A stretch of 63,437 nucleotides of DNA, the filler included, from Phoronis australis (taxonomy: Eukaryota > Animalia > Phoronida): assembly GCA_002633005.1 (NCBI GenBank). It is 6 parts of 6 records of this genome, joined end to end, with 100 filler letters (N's around TTAATTAATTAA, not from the genome) between each part and the next. Parts side by side here need not be neighbours in the genome. Positions count along the whole stretch, not along the records: positions 61,755 to 63,437 come from NMRA01001067.1; 5 more parts are not named here. One strand, 5' to 3'. Below, one piece after another: positions 62,608 to 63,437 of this stretch. Below the pieces are notes generated by a model. That model was not told the origin of the DNA. It made no database searches and saw only the letters and a list, made by a program, of their open reading frames with translations. How positions within the stretch are numbered: the stretch's first letter is position 1; every line of letters starts with the position of its first letter. The translations under genes were made by a program, and so were the position numbers.

Positions 62608-63437
62608 TGAATTGCAGGTGATGGCAAGTTGGTGGTGAGCTAAGACTAGTAAAAATGTTCTATTTTCCAGCCAAGAGATGGAGTGTGAAATGCAATTAGA
62701 GATGACTACCACACCGCCACATGCTTTGTGGTCGTTGTAGGACTCTGAGTGTATAACTTGTCCATTTATCTTCTACTAGTTCTGAATGGCGACCAACTCT
62801 ATGTATTATTTGTGGTCGATATGTTTCTATAATATAGATGTTCATCCAGTTGTCTATTTATGTATAAAGATGTGCTTTCAAGAATCCATGACATGTGGTC
62901 AGTCAAGATAGGTTCAAATGAGGAACATAACAGTAGTTTTTATGTTGTAGTTTGTCAGTCTAAGAAACTGCATAATTCATGCTAGATCTGAACTGCCCCC
63001 TATTGGCTCAACGTTGATGTGGCATTGGTAAAACAGGAAATGCAGATTTGTGTCATAATCCTGAAAATTGTATGTGAATGTAAATCACTTTGTTCTTGTC
63101 CGTGTATTGAATGTGACGTTCGTCTGGAAAGATTTTGTGTTTTTTCTGATATTTTTACACAGTCGTTATGCACTGTTTCATTCGTTTTCAGTTCATAACA
63201 AAAAATGAAGTAAAAATTTGAAAGCAAAGAAAATTAACAAAATGCATGCATGTGGAAGAGTAAAAGATAGGAGGTAGTGTTTGTTTCGTTACCGAGGGTT
63301 ACCCAGATGGATGCTCTCCACACACGAGTGCTTTGCAATAATTGTATTGTTGTTAATTTCAAATCTTGAAACTGGAACCTGACTGCTATCTTTCAATCAT
63401 TCTTACTTGTTTCTGTTTCTGGTTGTGTTCTAACAAA

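Overview
Intron-rich, repeat-rich metazoan genomic DNA; the gene and transposon repertoire suggests a marine invertebrate, probably a lophotrochozoan or mollusc (inference only). Five identical 100-bp spacers (N44-TTAATTAATTAA-N44) split the window into six contigs, so gene order across them should not be trusted. Host genes supported by the sequence: three exons of PARN (minus strand, RRM region); a complete two-exon, about 900-aa mGluR-like class C GPCR (22311-28950) that lacks the two basic residues binding the glutamate side chain; a nine-exon LRP/YWTD beta-propeller-EGF gene (minus, 46870-32751) that appears to stop halfway through its second propeller; the N-terminus of a type II membrane protein; and the last exon of an NAD(P)-dependent epimerase/reductase with an acidic tail. 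Mobile DNA: an internally deleted Kolobok (THAP transposase plus KolX, TTAA target duplication), a second Kolobok-like element, an Academ derivative nested in one of two Helentron/HINE-like copies (the empty site is visible in the other copy), a decayed Gypsy, an L1/Tx1-type LINE 3' end, LTR fragments, MITEs, tRNA-derived repeats and many minisatellites. I cannot claim a proven new system. The best leads are the receptor with an altered ligand pocket, the truncated LRP-like protein, the Kolobok/KolX elements and a splice-flanked coding minisatellite. All family assignments come from motif recognition by eye; no searches were run.
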